A DNA stretch of 64,000 nucleotides from Chitinophagaceae bacterium (GCA_023251255.1 JAHEZD010000031.1:3385-67384), one strand, 5' to 3'. Positions 45,282 through 55,541 are shown, counted from the first letter of the stretch. Numbers and translations are program-made. Notes: generated by a model from the letters alone, not told the origin.

Positions 45282-47369
45282 ATGAAGAAAATCTATGCCC
45301 ATCGTTTCGGGCCTGTTTTTACTATTGCAACCATTGCCATCATCATTTCTTTTATTACAAGAATTGCGCTGCTCATTGCATCTAAAAAAGGGTTTGATTT
45401 TACTTTTCTAAATATTGTGGGTGTATTTGGCATCGGTCTATTTTATGATCTTGCCTTTTGTACTTATTTGCTACTTCCCTTTGTTTTGCATCTAGCACTG
45501 ACCAATAACAGCATTTATAAAAAACCGTATCAATGGGTTTTAATTGGGGCTTATTTAATAGCGCTGTACATACTTTTCTTTACCAACCTTGTCCCCAAGG
45601 ACTACAATACAGACCTTAAAAAGGCAATTGAATATTTAGTACTGTTTTGGTTTGTGTCCTACATCTTTTTATTGACGCAATCCCAAAGTCTCAGGTACAA
45701 ATGGAGAACAGTTGTGCTGAAATGCTATTTGTTCCTCGCTATATTCTTATTGCTATTCAATGCAGTAAGCGAATATTTTTTCTGGGAAGAGTTTGCTACC
45801 CGTTACAACTTTATAGCAGTTGATTACTTGATATACTCCAATGAAGTAATTGGCAACATACAGGAATCATATCCTATTGTATGGATTGTAATTGGCATTG
45901 CTGCTTTATCAATCATTATCTTCATTCCTGCCCAGAAATACATTGCAGCTTCTGTAAGGAGCAGTATTAGCATTAAACAAAAAGCCGTTGTTGCGGCAGT
46001 TTTGTTTCTTCTTCCATTGGCAACTTACCTTTTATTGAATAATCGGTTAAAACGCTTTAGTGGCAATGAATATGCAAATGAGTTAAGTGGCAATGGCCTC
46101 TACGAATTTGGTGCAGCTTTTTGGAACAATGAACTGGATTTTTATAAGTTCTACCAATCGATGCCCAACGCTGAAGCATTTGCTATTTTGAAAAATGAGC
46201 TCACTGTTCCAGGAGCAAAATTCATTAGCAATGATACATTTAACATTGAAAGGGAAATTGCTTACGCTGAGCCAGAAAAGAAAATGAACGTGGTACTGAT
46301 AAGTGTGGAAAGCCTAAGTGGTGAATTCATGAAAGCATTTGGCAGCAAGGAAAACATAACGCCCATGCTTGATTCATTGGCGCAGCACAGTTTGTTCTTC
46401 ACTAACTTCTATGCGTCCGGTACAAGAACGGTAAGGGGCCTGGAAGCACTGTCGTTGGCCATTCCGCCCACACCTGGCCAGAGCATAGTAAAACGGCCAA
46501 AGAATGACAGCTTATTTTCTTTGGGTTCCGTTTTTAAGAAGAAAGGATATATCACACAATACCTATATGGAGGTTACAGCTACTTCGATAACATGAAAGC
46601 TTTTTTTGGAGGCAATGATTATGATGTGATTGACAGAAGTGCCTTGTCTGACAAGGAAATAACATTTGCCAATATTTGGGGCGTGGCAGATGAAGACATG
46701 TTCAATCATTGCCTTAAGCAATTGGATAGCAACTATGCTAACGGAAAACCTTTCTTCAGCCATATCATGACCGTTTCCAATCACCGGCCATATACTTATC
46801 CGGATGGTAAAATAGATATTCCACCATCCACACAATCCCGTGAAGGCGCGGTAAAATATACTGATTATGCTATCGGTAAATTTTTGAAGGATGCCCAATC
46901 AAAACCTTGGTTCAATAATACTGTTTTTGTAATTGTGGCTGACCATTGTGCAAGTGCTGCCGGCAAAACGGACCTTCCTGTGACAGGCTACCATATTCCT
47001 TTGTTGATTTATTCCCCCAATAATATTCAACCCCAGAAAGTAGATGCATTGATGTCGCAAATTGATGTGGCACCCACCATACTTGGATTATTGAAATTCA
47101 ATTACCATTCAAAGTTCTTTGGCCAGGATATTTTCAACCTGAGCAGGGAACAACAAAGAGCTTTCATCAGTACTTACCAAGGTTTGGGCTATATAAAAGA
47201 CAGCAATTTGATTATCCAGTCTCCCTTGAAACAAGTAAGCCAATACAAGCCCAATTTTGCAACGGGGGCTGCCATCAAAATGCCATTGGACAATCGTTTG
47301 AAGAAACAGGCAATGGCCTATTACCAATGTGCTTTTTATATGCTGAACAAAGGACTATATAAGCGATAA
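45282..47369 (+). CDS. LTA-synthase/phosphoglycerol-transferase family membrane sulfatase-fold protein
   Basis: N-terminal multi-TM region plus an extracytoplasmic alkaline-phosphatase-superfamily domain (ISVESLS, GT.RG, SNHRPY, ADHC). Confidence 0.8.
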   Translation: MKKIYAHRFGPVFTIATIAIIISFITRIALLIASKKGFDFTFLNIVGVFGIGLFYDLAFCTYLLLPFVLHLALTNNSIYKKPYQWVLIGAYLIALYILFFTNLVPKDYNTDLKKAIEYLVLFWFVSYIFLLTQSQSLRYKWRTVVLKCYLFLAIFLLLFNAVSEYFFWEEFATRYNFIAVDYLIYSNEVIGNIQESYPIVWIVIGIAALSIIIFIPAQKYIAASVRSSISIKQKAVVAAVLFLLPLATYLLLNNRLKRFSGNEYANELSGNGLYEFGAAFWNNELDFYKFYQSMPNAEAFAILKNELTVPGAKFISNDTFNIEREIAYAEPEKKMNVVLISVESLSGEFMKAFGSKENITPMLDSLAQHSLFFTNFYASGTRTVRGLEALSLAIPPTPGQSIVKRPKNDSLFSLGSVFKKKGYITQYLYGGYSYFDNMKAFFGGNDYDVIDRSALSDKEITFANIWGVADEDMFNHCLKQLDSNYANGKPFFSHIMTVSNHRPYTYPDGKIDIPPSTQSREGAVKYTDYAIGKFLKDAQSKPWFNNTVFVIVADHCASAAGKTDLPVTGYHIPLLIYSPNNIQPQKVDALMSQIDVAPTILGLLKFNYHSKFFGQDIFNLSREQQRAFISTYQGLGYIKDSNLIIQSPLKQVSQYKPNFATGAAIKMPLDNRLKKQAMAYYQCAFYMLNKGLYKR

Positions 47370-47376
47370 GCACCCC

Positions 47377-47826
47377 TCATTCAACACTTTCAATGAAGTA
47401 TTTTGTTCCATTTATTTCGGCAGTGTCATTTTCTTTTAAACCAATCAGTTTTATTCCCAAAGGCGATTGAGGAGAGAGTGCAATAACAGTTATTCCGTCA
47501 ACAAATATTTTGGCTAAAGCCAAGCTAACCAGCAAATAAGTATTGCGAGTTTTAGCCAAACTCCCTTTCCTGATTTGAACATGTTTTTTGGAGAAATCAA
47601 TCTGCTCAAAGAGGGCTTTTTGTTCCCTTGCCTCACCCAGTTGTTTATTGATTTTGTCCTGCTCCAATTGGAGCATGGCCCTTGCAGTTTCATATTTATC
47701 ACCTGCAGAACTCTTGGTTTCATTCTTTGAACTTTCACGCAGGTCGTCAAGCGCATTGTTCAGCAAAATAATTCTATCGCATAATAATTGGTGATATTGC
47801 TGAACTATTTTTTCTTTAAAGGTCAT
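47377..47826 (-). CDS. GreA/GreB C-terminal-domain-like protein with N-terminal coiled coil
   Basis: ..SSAGDKYETARAMLQLEQDK... coiled coil, then ..V..GSL.......Y.......I.VDG..V.A.S..SPLG..L.G....D. This is a common Bacteroidota family, often annotated as GreA/GreB family. Confidence 0.55.
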   Translation of the reverse strand: MTFKEKIVQQYHQLLCDRIILLNNALDDLRESSKNETKSSAGDKYETARAMLQLEQDKINKQLGEAREQKALFEQIDFSKKHVQIRKGSLAKTRNTYLLVSLALAKIFVDGITVIALSPQSPLGIKLIGLKENDTAEINGTKYFIESVE

Positions 47827-47908
47827 AGAAGAATATAATCAAATTGTACAAAAACACAGTGAATGAAATTTAAGGAGCCTCTTTCATTATGCGGAAAACA
47901 GAAAAAAA

Positions 47909-47966
47909 GACCTGTGACCAAAATTTTGTGAACTTTTAAAAGTTCACAAAATTTTGGTCACAGGTC
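47909..47966. repeat. 58-nt perfect palindrome (29+29, no spacer) with nested CAAAATTTTG sub-palindromes
   Basis: GACCTGTGACCAAAATTTTGTGAACTTTT|AAAAGTTCACAAAATTTTGGTCACAGGTC, 83 nt upstream of the GreA-like start. Confidence 0.9.
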
Positions 47967-48223
47967 AAATTACGGATAATTGACGTCAAAAAATTGAAAA
48001 CGCGGGCCAACTTCCAGTCAAAACTCCGCTTGAGCCTCAGAAATTGTTCAAATTAAATTCGCTGGTTCCCCCATATGAATTTTCGTTGAATTTTTCGCCA
48101 TAGGCAACCACTATGCCTGCAAAGCCGATAGTTATCGGCTCCGCCCGTTTCGCTCCTGCCCGAATGGTCGGGCGGGCAAAAGTTACATAATGGGGAATTC
48201 CACCAATTAAATTTAGACAGCTT

Positions 48224-49003
48224 CTAAGCTTGTTTTTCCAATTCCAAATAAATAGGGCAATGATCGCTATGCTTGGCATCTGGGAAAATCTGTGCATCCA
48301 GAATGTTGCCTTTTAAATTTTCTGTAACGCAGATATAGTCTATTCTCCAACCTTTATTGTTTAACCGAACACTTGGAAAACGTTGGCTCCACCAACTGTA
48401 TGCACCAGTAACTTCGGGGTGCCTGAAACGGAACGTGTCAACCCATCCATTGCTCAAAAATTTGTCCATCCATGCACGCTCGTCTGGTAAGAATCCCGAT
48501 GAATTTTTATTGCCTTTTGGGTCGTGTATATCAATCGGATGATGGGCGATATTGTAGTCGCCAGTTAATATGATTTTTGGCCTTGTCTTTTTCAATTCGT
48601 TTAAGTAGTCAAACATTTCATCTAGCCACTGGTATTTATAGGTCTGCCTTTCATCCCCACTGGTGCCACTTGGGAAATAGGCATTGATTAAAGTAATATC
48701 ACCGAAGTCCAATCTAATGACCCTCCCTTCAAAATCACTTTGTTCAATCTTATGCCCATACTCAATATAGTCTGGCTTTATCTTACTGAAAACGGCCACG
48801 CCACTATACCCTTTTTTTTGTGCAGAGAACCAGTAGGTTTCACAGCCCATTGCTTCTTCTATCAGTTTCACATCCACATCGTCTTTTGTAGCTTTTGTTT
48901 CCTGGATGCAAACAACATCTGCCACATCGGTTTTCAACCAATCAATTAAGCCTTTTTTTATGGCAGCACGTATGCCGTTTGTGTTGTAAGAAATGATACG
49001 CAT
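48224..49003 (-). CDS. xth: exodeoxyribonuclease III
   Basis: MRIISYN.NGIRA, CIQETK, NAY.P.G, GD.N.AH..ID and SDH.P are motifs of the Xth/APE1 family. Confidence 0.9.
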   Translation of the reverse strand: MRIISYNTNGIRAAIKKGLIDWLKTDVADVVCIQETKATKDDVDVKLIEEAMGCETYWFSAQKKGYSGVAVFSKIKPDYIEYGHKIEQSDFEGRVIRLDFGDITLINAYFPSGTSGDERQTYKYQWLDEMFDYLNELKKTRPKIILTGDYNIAHHPIDIHDPKGNKNSSGFLPDERAWMDKFLSNGWVDTFRFRHPEVTGAYSWWSQRFPSVRLNNKGWRIDYICVTENLKGNILDAQIFPDAKHSDHCPIYLELEKQA

Positions 49004-49004
49004 G

Positions 49005-50357
49005 TTAGGATGGTTTTATAAATGCTAGCATCAATAACTGATGCAGAATTTTTTTTGGCAAATTTGCATTAATTAAGACAAAAGATTCAGGCAATTTATC
49101 GCCTTTTACCACGCATACCAATTGGTTGTCGTAATAGAGTTCTTTTATCCCGATGCTCCTGGAGTACAAAATATTGAATGGGTGGTTGCCCATCTGTCCT
49201 TCCATATTTATCGAATAGACTATGGATTGTTCTCCATGAATTATAGATAGGGCAAGTTGAGTGCTTGTATCAATGCCATTGTATATCCGATCTATAAAAA
49301 TAGTTTTGTTGGATGGCCATGTATCAACAGCAATGCTGAACCTTGCAACGGTATCTTTCTCTGCTAAAAGAAAATTTATTTTTCCTGGTAGGAACTTGAA
49401 AATGGGCTCATATACTCCTTCGTCATCAATTGCCAAGGCAATATGGCTAGTATAATTCTTATTGTCGAGTACATTCCTGAATGGATGCTGCATATTGCAA
49501 TACTTTAAGCCACCATGATTTTTTTTGTATACAATGGCAGCTTGCTCCTGCATAGTATACTCCCTATTTGCTTTCTTTTTGAGGTTCATTAAATAAAGCT
49601 CCATTTCGGGAAACCGGAGCAGGTTTTTAGATGAATCAGCTAAAGTGAATGTGGCAAAGTCTTTTTTTGTTTCGGTAATTGTTCGCTGCTTGCCAGCGAT
49701 ATTGGGCATGATAAAATTGTCTGCAAAATAAGCAGGCGTGCAGTTGACTATCTGTATGTTAGTTGGGTCATTAAGGGTATCCAATAAGATTTTTGTGGCT
49801 TTTTGCATAAAACCAATAAGGCTGTTTGGCGACATGCTGTAATTTGTATTTGGATAGCCTATGAAATAAGCATTCTTGGTCTTGATAATGAAATCTGACT
49901 GCCTGTCTAATTTAATGTTCCCCTCATTGTCCGTAACAATCACTTGCACATCAATTACGCAGTTACTGTATTGCATCAGCTCAAATTGAATACTATCCAA
50001 TTGCTTCCCCCTCGGCAAAAGCGTTGAGTTTTCATTGATATTCACAAATAGGTGCAGGCCCTCTTTTGGTTGCGGTATATCGGTATTTAATGGCCTGTTG
50101 GCAATGCTTCCAAAGATTTTTGTTTTTATGTCTAACATCGGCATTGTTTCATTTGTATCGAATGAAACATGCAATATGTCAACTGCATTGTTCTTTATAG
50201 CAAAATAAACCTTGCTCCCAATTTCGGGATAATGTAAGTAATTGAACAGGTTACTGAAACTAGATGTGCATTGTATCCTATCAATAACCATCTTTGTTTG
50301 AGAATAACTTGTTGCATAAATAAAGAATGGAACGAACAGCAATAGAAGTTTATTCAT
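49005..50357 (-). CDS. hypothetical secreted protein (450 aa)
   Basis: Signal peptide MNKLLLLFVPFFIYATSYSQ. No recognisable motif. It starts upstream of xth with a 1-nt gap. Confidence 0.5.
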   Translation of the reverse strand: MNKLLLLFVPFFIYATSYSQTKMVIDRIQCTSSFSNLFNYLHYPEIGSKVYFAIKNNAVDILHVSFDTNETMPMLDIKTKIFGSIANRPLNTDIPQPKEGLHLFVNINENSTLLPRGKQLDSIQFELMQYSNCVIDVQVIVTDNEGNIKLDRQSDFIIKTKNAYFIGYPNTNYSMSPNSLIGFMQKATKILLDTLNDPTNIQIVNCTPAYFADNFIMPNIAGKQRTITETKKDFATFTLADSSKNLLRFPEMELYLMNLKKKANREYTMQEQAAIVYKKNHGGLKYCNMQHPFRNVLDNKNYTSHIALAIDDEGVYEPIFKFLPGKINFLLAEKDTVARFSIAVDTWPSNKTIFIDRIYNGIDTSTQLALSIIHGEQSIVYSINMEGQMGNHPFNILYSRSIGIKELYYDNQLVCVVKGDKLPESFVLINANLPKKILHQLLMLAFIKPS

Positions 50358-50422
50358 ATCGTAAACTTAAGGGTCTTGTTATGTGATTCAAAAATTATGC
50401 TACATTCATTTTGACAAAAATT

Positions 50423-51154
50423 ATGGACACTAAAAATCGGATAATTCCTGCTAAGCAAAGTGTTTATTTGGATGGCCCCAAGCCAAGGATGTACGAACTG
50501 GCATTTGCTTGGAAAGTGTTCAGGCAATTCATCAAAGGCTTTAGGACACTGCACTTTGTTGGCCCCTGCATCACCGTATTTGGCAGCGCTAGGTTTGATG
50601 AGCAACACGAATATTATATTGCAGCAAGGGAATTTGGTAAACGTATAGCCCAGTTGGGTTTCACCACCATGACAGGAGGTGGCCCCGGCATTATGGAAGC
50701 AGCCAATCGTGGTGCCTTTGAAAATGAAGGTACATCCATTGGCTGCAATATCAAATTGCCCTTTGAACAGAAACCCAATCCTTACGTTCATGAGACCATC
50801 ACTTTTGACCATTTTTTTACGAGGAAGGTTTTGATGGTAAAATATTCATACGCATTTGTCATTATGCCAGGAGGTTTTGGAACAATGGATGAGTTTTTTG
50901 AAACACTGACATTGATACAAACAAAAACCATCAATGATTTCCCGGTGGTGCTTTATGGAAAAGGATACTACCAACCACTACTGGATTACATCCAATTGAT
51001 GGCTACAGAAAAAACCATTTCACCAGCCGACATGAAGCTGGTACTGTTGACCGATGATATTGATGAAGCCATGAACCATATCAGTACTTATGTAACTACT
51101 AATTATAAAGTAAAACCACGTAAAAGGCTTTGGTGGCTGTTTGAAAAAAGGTGA
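50423..51154 (+). CDS. LOG family (TIGR00730) Rossmann-fold nucleotide-binding protein
   Basis: GSAR, TGGGPGIMEA.N.GA and PGGFGTMDEFFE.LTL.Q motifs. Confidence 0.85.
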   Translation: MDTKNRIIPAKQSVYLDGPKPRMYELAFAWKVFRQFIKGFRTLHFVGPCITVFGSARFDEQHEYYIAAREFGKRIAQLGFTTMTGGGPGIMEAANRGAFENEGTSIGCNIKLPFEQKPNPYVHETITFDHFFTRKVLMVKYSYAFVIMPGGFGTMDEFFETLTLIQTKTINDFPVVLYGKGYYQPLLDYIQLMATEKTISPADMKLVLLTDDIDEAMNHISTYVTTNYKVKPRKRLWWLFEKR

Positions 51155-52185
51155 TGGAATCATTCAAGAAACATATCCCAGCTTTTGCAGCATTGCTTTC
51201 AAACATTGATCCAACAAGTATCTCTGCAGGTGCATACCCTCAACAGTATTTGAAGGATTTACTGCTGCATAAAATCCATTACCTAAGCCTTTATGCTTCG
51301 GTATTGGATAGGGCTTTTGAGGCAACGGATAAAACTCCTGACGAAACCTGCTTATTGGATTTTGGTTGCGGCAATGGCTTGCTAGCACTGTTTGCAAAAT
51401 TTTGCGGCGTAAAAGAAGTTCACGCCAGTGATATGAATGCACCGTTCCTATTGGCTGCACAGCAGCTTAGTAAAGCATTGAACATTGAATTGAGTGGTTG
51501 GCTTATTGGCAATGAAAATACATTAATCGAATATTTTGACGGTAAACAATTAGATGTGCTTGTTGGCACAGATGTAATAGAACATGTGTACAGCTTGGAC
51601 AACTTATTCAGGGTCATTAAGCAGTTAAATCCACAAATGGGTACAGTTTTTACCACAGCATCAGTAGCAGAAAACCCTTTTAAAAGCAGGCAACTGAAAA
51701 AGTTGATGATACAGGACGAGCTTGCTGGGAGCAACAAGTTCCATAGTACCTATACCGGTGAATTTGCCGGATTGCCTTTCTTGACAATCAGGAATAAATT
51801 GATTGCAAAAAAATATCCTTCATTAACCGAAAGCGAGGTAAAAGAATTGGCTATTGCATCAAGGGGGCTAGCTGCGGATGATATTTATAAAGATGTTGAA
51901 GAATATCTCATCAGCAAGAAATTTCCATCCCCAATTCATCACTCATTCAATACCTGTGACCCAATTACTGGTAGTTGGACAGAAAGATTATTGACCACAA
52001 AAGAATACGAACAACTTTATAAACGGTATCAATTTTCTGTACAAATCCACAACGGATTTTACAATGAATTTGAAACTGGGCTGAAATCCAAACTTTCTTT
52101 GTTGCTGAATAAAGCGATTGACCTGCTTGGCAAAAAAGCAATAACCATTAGTCCCTTCATTTTTTTAGTTGGAAGAAAGGATTAG
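51151..52185 (+). CDS. class I SAM-dependent methyltransferase
   Basis: Motif I LLDFGCGNGLLAL, an acidic residue after beta-2 (..VHASDMN), and GTDVIEHV. The start overlaps the LOG stop (GTGATGG). Confidence 0.7.
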   Translation: MMESFKKHIPAFAALLSNIDPTSISAGAYPQQYLKDLLLHKIHYLSLYASVLDRAFEATDKTPDETCLLDFGCGNGLLALFAKFCGVKEVHASDMNAPFLLAAQQLSKALNIELSGWLIGNENTLIEYFDGKQLDVLVGTDVIEHVYSLDNLFRVIKQLNPQMGTVFTTASVAENPFKSRQLKKLMIQDELAGSNKFHSTYTGEFAGLPFLTIRNKLIAKKYPSLTESEVKELAIASRGLAADDIYKDVEEYLISKKFPSPIHHSFNTCDPITGSWTERLLTTKEYEQLYKRYQFSVQIHNGFYNEFETGLKSKLSLLLNKAIDLLGKKAITISPFIFLVGRKD

Positions 52186-52466
52186 GCTAAATAGGCAGAT
52201 TAGGCTTGTTAAAACCTAAATCAAATAAAGTCCTATTTCCCGTTCTCTACACTCGTCTGGAAAACACTTTCATTGGTAACCTATTAAAAGCCATTTAATA
52301 AGCAGGATTCTACGGTATAGTAAGGCGATACCTAATTGGTTTCAGCAAGTTTATCTGCTGACAAAAACAGGCTCACTTACCGATAAATAGGTTCCATCTG
52401 GCATTATTTAAAATGGGTCGCCACTGAAAATTCTGTTTCTATTCATACATTTTGTTTCTTTACAAA

Positions 52467-55280
52467 ATGGCATTTAATCCCAAGAAAATCTTTGTAAAAT
52501 TTTTCAAGTACACAGGCATAACCATCATCAGTTTGCTAGCGTTGATGTTTTTGTTGCCTTACTTGTTCCCAACCTTTGTTTCGAATAAAATAAAGCAATG
52601 GGCCAACAGTTCCATAGAAGCTGAACTGAATTTTTCAAAAGCAAGGTTGTCTTTCTTCAACCACTTTCCATCGCTTACACTTACGTTGTACGATGTGAAC
52701 CTGAAAGGCTCTGCCCCTTTCCAACAGGATACCTTGGTGAATGCAAAAGAGGTAGCATTGGGCGTTAACCTAGCCAGCATCTTTGGTAAAACACTTAAAA
52801 TTGATGAAATCTATTTCACTAAAGGCAAGATGAATATTTTGGTGAATGAAAAAGGCCTGCCCAACTACAATGTATATGTAGCCAAGCCATCTGCCACAAG
52901 CAAATCAAATGATAGCAGCAGTGCAGCACTTAAGCTGGAACGTATCCAGATTGAACAATGTGAACTTGTTTACAACGATCGATCCATTCCCATGCTCATG
53001 ACTGCAAAACAACTGGATTATGTGGGCAAAGGCGATTTGAGCAAAGCCATTTTTGATTTGTCTTCCAACATCCGAATGCAATCATTCAGCATCAGCTATG
53101 ATAGGCAACAATATTTGGAGAACAAAAACCTGGATGCGAAACTCGTTACGCAGATCAATACCAATTCATTGGCCCTGATTTTTGAAAAGAACGATTTGCA
53201 GATCAACCAGCTTCCTGTGGAGTTCAAAGGGAAATTTGATTTCTTGAAAGATGGCTACAGCATGGATTTTTCCCTTAAAACAAAACCAACTGAATTCAGG
53301 AACCTCTTCACCGCATTGCCTCCTGTGGCTGTTACCTGGGTTGACAAAACAACGGTGAAAGGTGATATTTCCATGGACGCTGCGTTGAAAGGGGATTACA
53401 TAGCCTCCAAGAAAATTGCTCCCGATCTTTCGTTTAATATGAGCATTAACAAGGGGTCCATCATGGCAAAGAACATGAAGGAACCTGTAGATAATATCTT
53501 CCTCAATTTCCATTTCAATCTCCCGCAGTTGAACATGGAAGCCATGACTGTGAAAGTTGATTCATTGCATGCTTCCATGGGCAAGGACGAAATAAGTGCG
53601 GTGCTTGAAACAAGAGGTACAGCACATCCTTTTATCAATGGCAGTATCAATGCCCATGCTGATGTGGAGAAATGGAACAGGACCATGAACATAGACAGCA
53701 CTATTGATCTAAAGGGTTTGTTCGTAATGAATGGGAGGTTCAATGGCACTTATAATCCGCAAGCAAAACAGTTTCCTGTTACCAATGTTGGCCTGCAATT
53801 AAAGGATGGTTTCGTGAAAACGGGGTATTATCCATCCGCCATTTCCAGTATTCAAATTGATGCTGATGTTTTCAATACCAAAGGCACAACCGAGGATTTG
53901 AAAATCAACATCAAACCCATCTCCTTAAACTTTGAAGGGCAACCGTTCACTTTAAAAAGTGATTTGAAAAATTTCGACAACCTTTCTTACAATATCTCTT
54001 CAAAGGGCATTTTGAACATTGGAAAAATTTACCAGCTTTTTGCTGTGAAAGGCTACAATGTAAAAGGCCTGATAGAAACAGACTTCAATTTACAAGGAAC
54101 GCAGGCAGATGCAATGGCTGGTAGGTATGATAAACTGCACAACAAAGGCACATTGAAATTGATGAACATTAAACTCTCTTCGACATCTTTTCCAAAGCCA
54201 TTCTTGATTGGGTCTGGTGCTTTCCATTTTAAGGATGATAAGCTGATGGCTGATAAAATAAGCATGAATTATGGCAGCACTACTGCCATATTAAATGGCT
54301 ACATCAACAACATCATCAACTATGCTTTGAAAGACAATGCTATTTTGAAAGGTCATTTGAACCTAAGTACACCGCATTTGTTTGTGGATGAGTTGATGGC
54401 TTTCGCATCAGACAGCATAGTGAAAAAATCAACAGCAGCCCCTGCCACAGGTGTTGTGGTTATTCCTACCAACTTGGATTTGCAGTTCAATGCCAATGCT
54501 TCCATCATTAGTTATAATGGCTTGGAACTGAAGAATTGCCTATCAACCGCCGTTGTTCAAAATGGTAGGCTCAATATCAGCAAAGCAGCCTTTACCTTAA
54601 TCGATGCCCCAGTGAATATGACCGCCACCTATGCTAGTATCAACGAACGCAAGGCCAGGTTTGATTACCATATCACAGCTAATGAGTTTGACATCAAGAA
54701 AGCTTACAACGAAATAAAACTCTTCCGGGAAATGGCAACTGCTGCAGGCAAAGCACAGGGAACCGTTTCGTTGGACTATCAATTAAGTGGCATGTTGAAC
54801 GAGGACATGTACCCTATATTCCCAACATTAAAGGGAGGGGGCGTTCTATCTCTTAAAAAGATAAAAGTCAAGGGGTTGAAGTTGTTCTCTGCCATTAGCA
54901 AGGAAACGGGGAAGGATAAAATCAATGACCCCGATCTGTCGAAGGTGGATATCAAAACAAGAATTGCCAACAACATCATCACCATTGAGCGGTTTAAGCT
55001 TCGTGTAGCAGGTTTCAGGCCAAGGTTTGAAGGACAAGCTAGCTTTGATGGTAGGCTTAATTTAAAGGCACGTTTGGGATTACCGCCATTTGGCATTTTG
55101 GGTATTCCTTTAAGCATAACCGGCACACAAGAAAAACCCATTGTTAGGCTAAGACGTGGTAAGCAGTCTGACGATTTGAAAGAAACAAAACCAGATGAGG
55201 ATTCCGATGAAGAAGATAAGAAAGAAGCTGCCGAGGCTGCAACAAAAGAAGCGGTAGAAAAGAAAAAAGTGCAACCATAA
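52467..55280 (+). CDS. AsmA family protein (N-terminal anchor, long beta-rich body, AsmA-like C-terminal region, acidic/Lys tail)
   Basis: N-terminal TM ITIISLLALMFLL. About 940 aa of a repetitive beta-strand pattern. C-terminal ..F.G.A.F.G.L.LK.RLGLPP.G..GIP..ITGT...P.V. Confidence 0.7.
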   Translation: MAFNPKKIFVKFFKYTGITIISLLALMFLLPYLFPTFVSNKIKQWANSSIEAELNFSKARLSFFNHFPSLTLTLYDVNLKGSAPFQQDTLVNAKEVALGVNLASIFGKTLKIDEIYFTKGKMNILVNEKGLPNYNVYVAKPSATSKSNDSSSAALKLERIQIEQCELVYNDRSIPMLMTAKQLDYVGKGDLSKAIFDLSSNIRMQSFSISYDRQQYLENKNLDAKLVTQINTNSLALIFEKNDLQINQLPVEFKGKFDFLKDGYSMDFSLKTKPTEFRNLFTALPPVAVTWVDKTTVKGDISMDAALKGDYIASKKIAPDLSFNMSINKGSIMAKNMKEPVDNIFLNFHFNLPQLNMEAMTVKVDSLHASMGKDEISAVLETRGTAHPFINGSINAHADVEKWNRTMNIDSTIDLKGLFVMNGRFNGTYNPQAKQFPVTNVGLQLKDGFVKTGYYPSAISSIQIDADVFNTKGTTEDLKINIKPISLNFEGQPFTLKSDLKNFDNLSYNISSKGILNIGKIYQLFAVKGYNVKGLIETDFNLQGTQADAMAGRYDKLHNKGTLKLMNIKLSSTSFPKPFLIGSGAFHFKDDKLMADKISMNYGSTTAILNGYINNIINYALKDNAILKGHLNLSTPHLFVDELMAFASDSIVKKSTAAPATGVVVIPTNLDLQFNANASIISYNGLELKNCLSTAVVQNGRLNISKAAFTLIDAPVNMTATYASINERKARFDYHITANEFDIKKAYNEIKLFREMATAAGKAQGTVSLDYQLSGMLNEDMYPIFPTLKGGGVLSLKKIKVKGLKLFSAISKETGKDKINDPDLSKVDIKTRIANNIITIERFKLRVAGFRPRFEGQASFDGRLNLKARLGLPPFGILGIPLSITGTQEKPIVRLRRGKQSDDLKETKPDEDSDEEDKKEAAEAATKEAVEKKKVQP

Positions 55281-55492
55281 TTACTAGCAGCAGGTTCGGT
55301 TCCAAAAACATAAAAGGGTCAGCATTTCTGCTAACCCTCTTACTTACTAACCCATTAAATTCCATTGCTAAATTACAATTTAAGGGCAAATTGCAAAATC
55401 TTTTTTTGCTATTGTGTAAAACTTGGTTCACTACAAACAATATGGAAAATGCGGAAATGCGCCGTTGCTAAAACTGACCAGAAAATTGATTT

Positions 55493-55531
55493 AAAATAAA
55501 AAAGCATTGATTTTCAATGCTTTTTTATTTT
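55493..55531. terminator. bidirectional terminator between asmA-like gene and rng
   Basis: AAAATAAAAAAGCATTGA (55493-55510), loop TTT, TCAATGCTTTTTTATTTT (55514-55531). Perfect, with U-tracts on both strands. Confidence 0.75.
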
Positions 55532-55541
55532 AAATCGTGGA

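Noticed and set aside
47925-47950. TGTGA...TCACA inside the 58-nt palindrome as a CRP/FNR-type site.
   Set aside because: The half-sites are separated by 12 nt, not the 6 nt of CRP/FNR-family sites. The similarity is a by-product of the palindrome.
48140-48176. The minus-strand GCGAAAC next to GC stems looked hammerhead-like.
   Set aside because: No CUGANGA box or correctly placed cleavage-site helix could be found on either strand.
48037-48297. An 86-aa minus-strand ORF in the xth / GreA-like spacer.
   Set aside because: It begins inside the xth 3' end in a different frame and runs through GC-rich hairpins. It has no start context or motif and is more likely non-coding.
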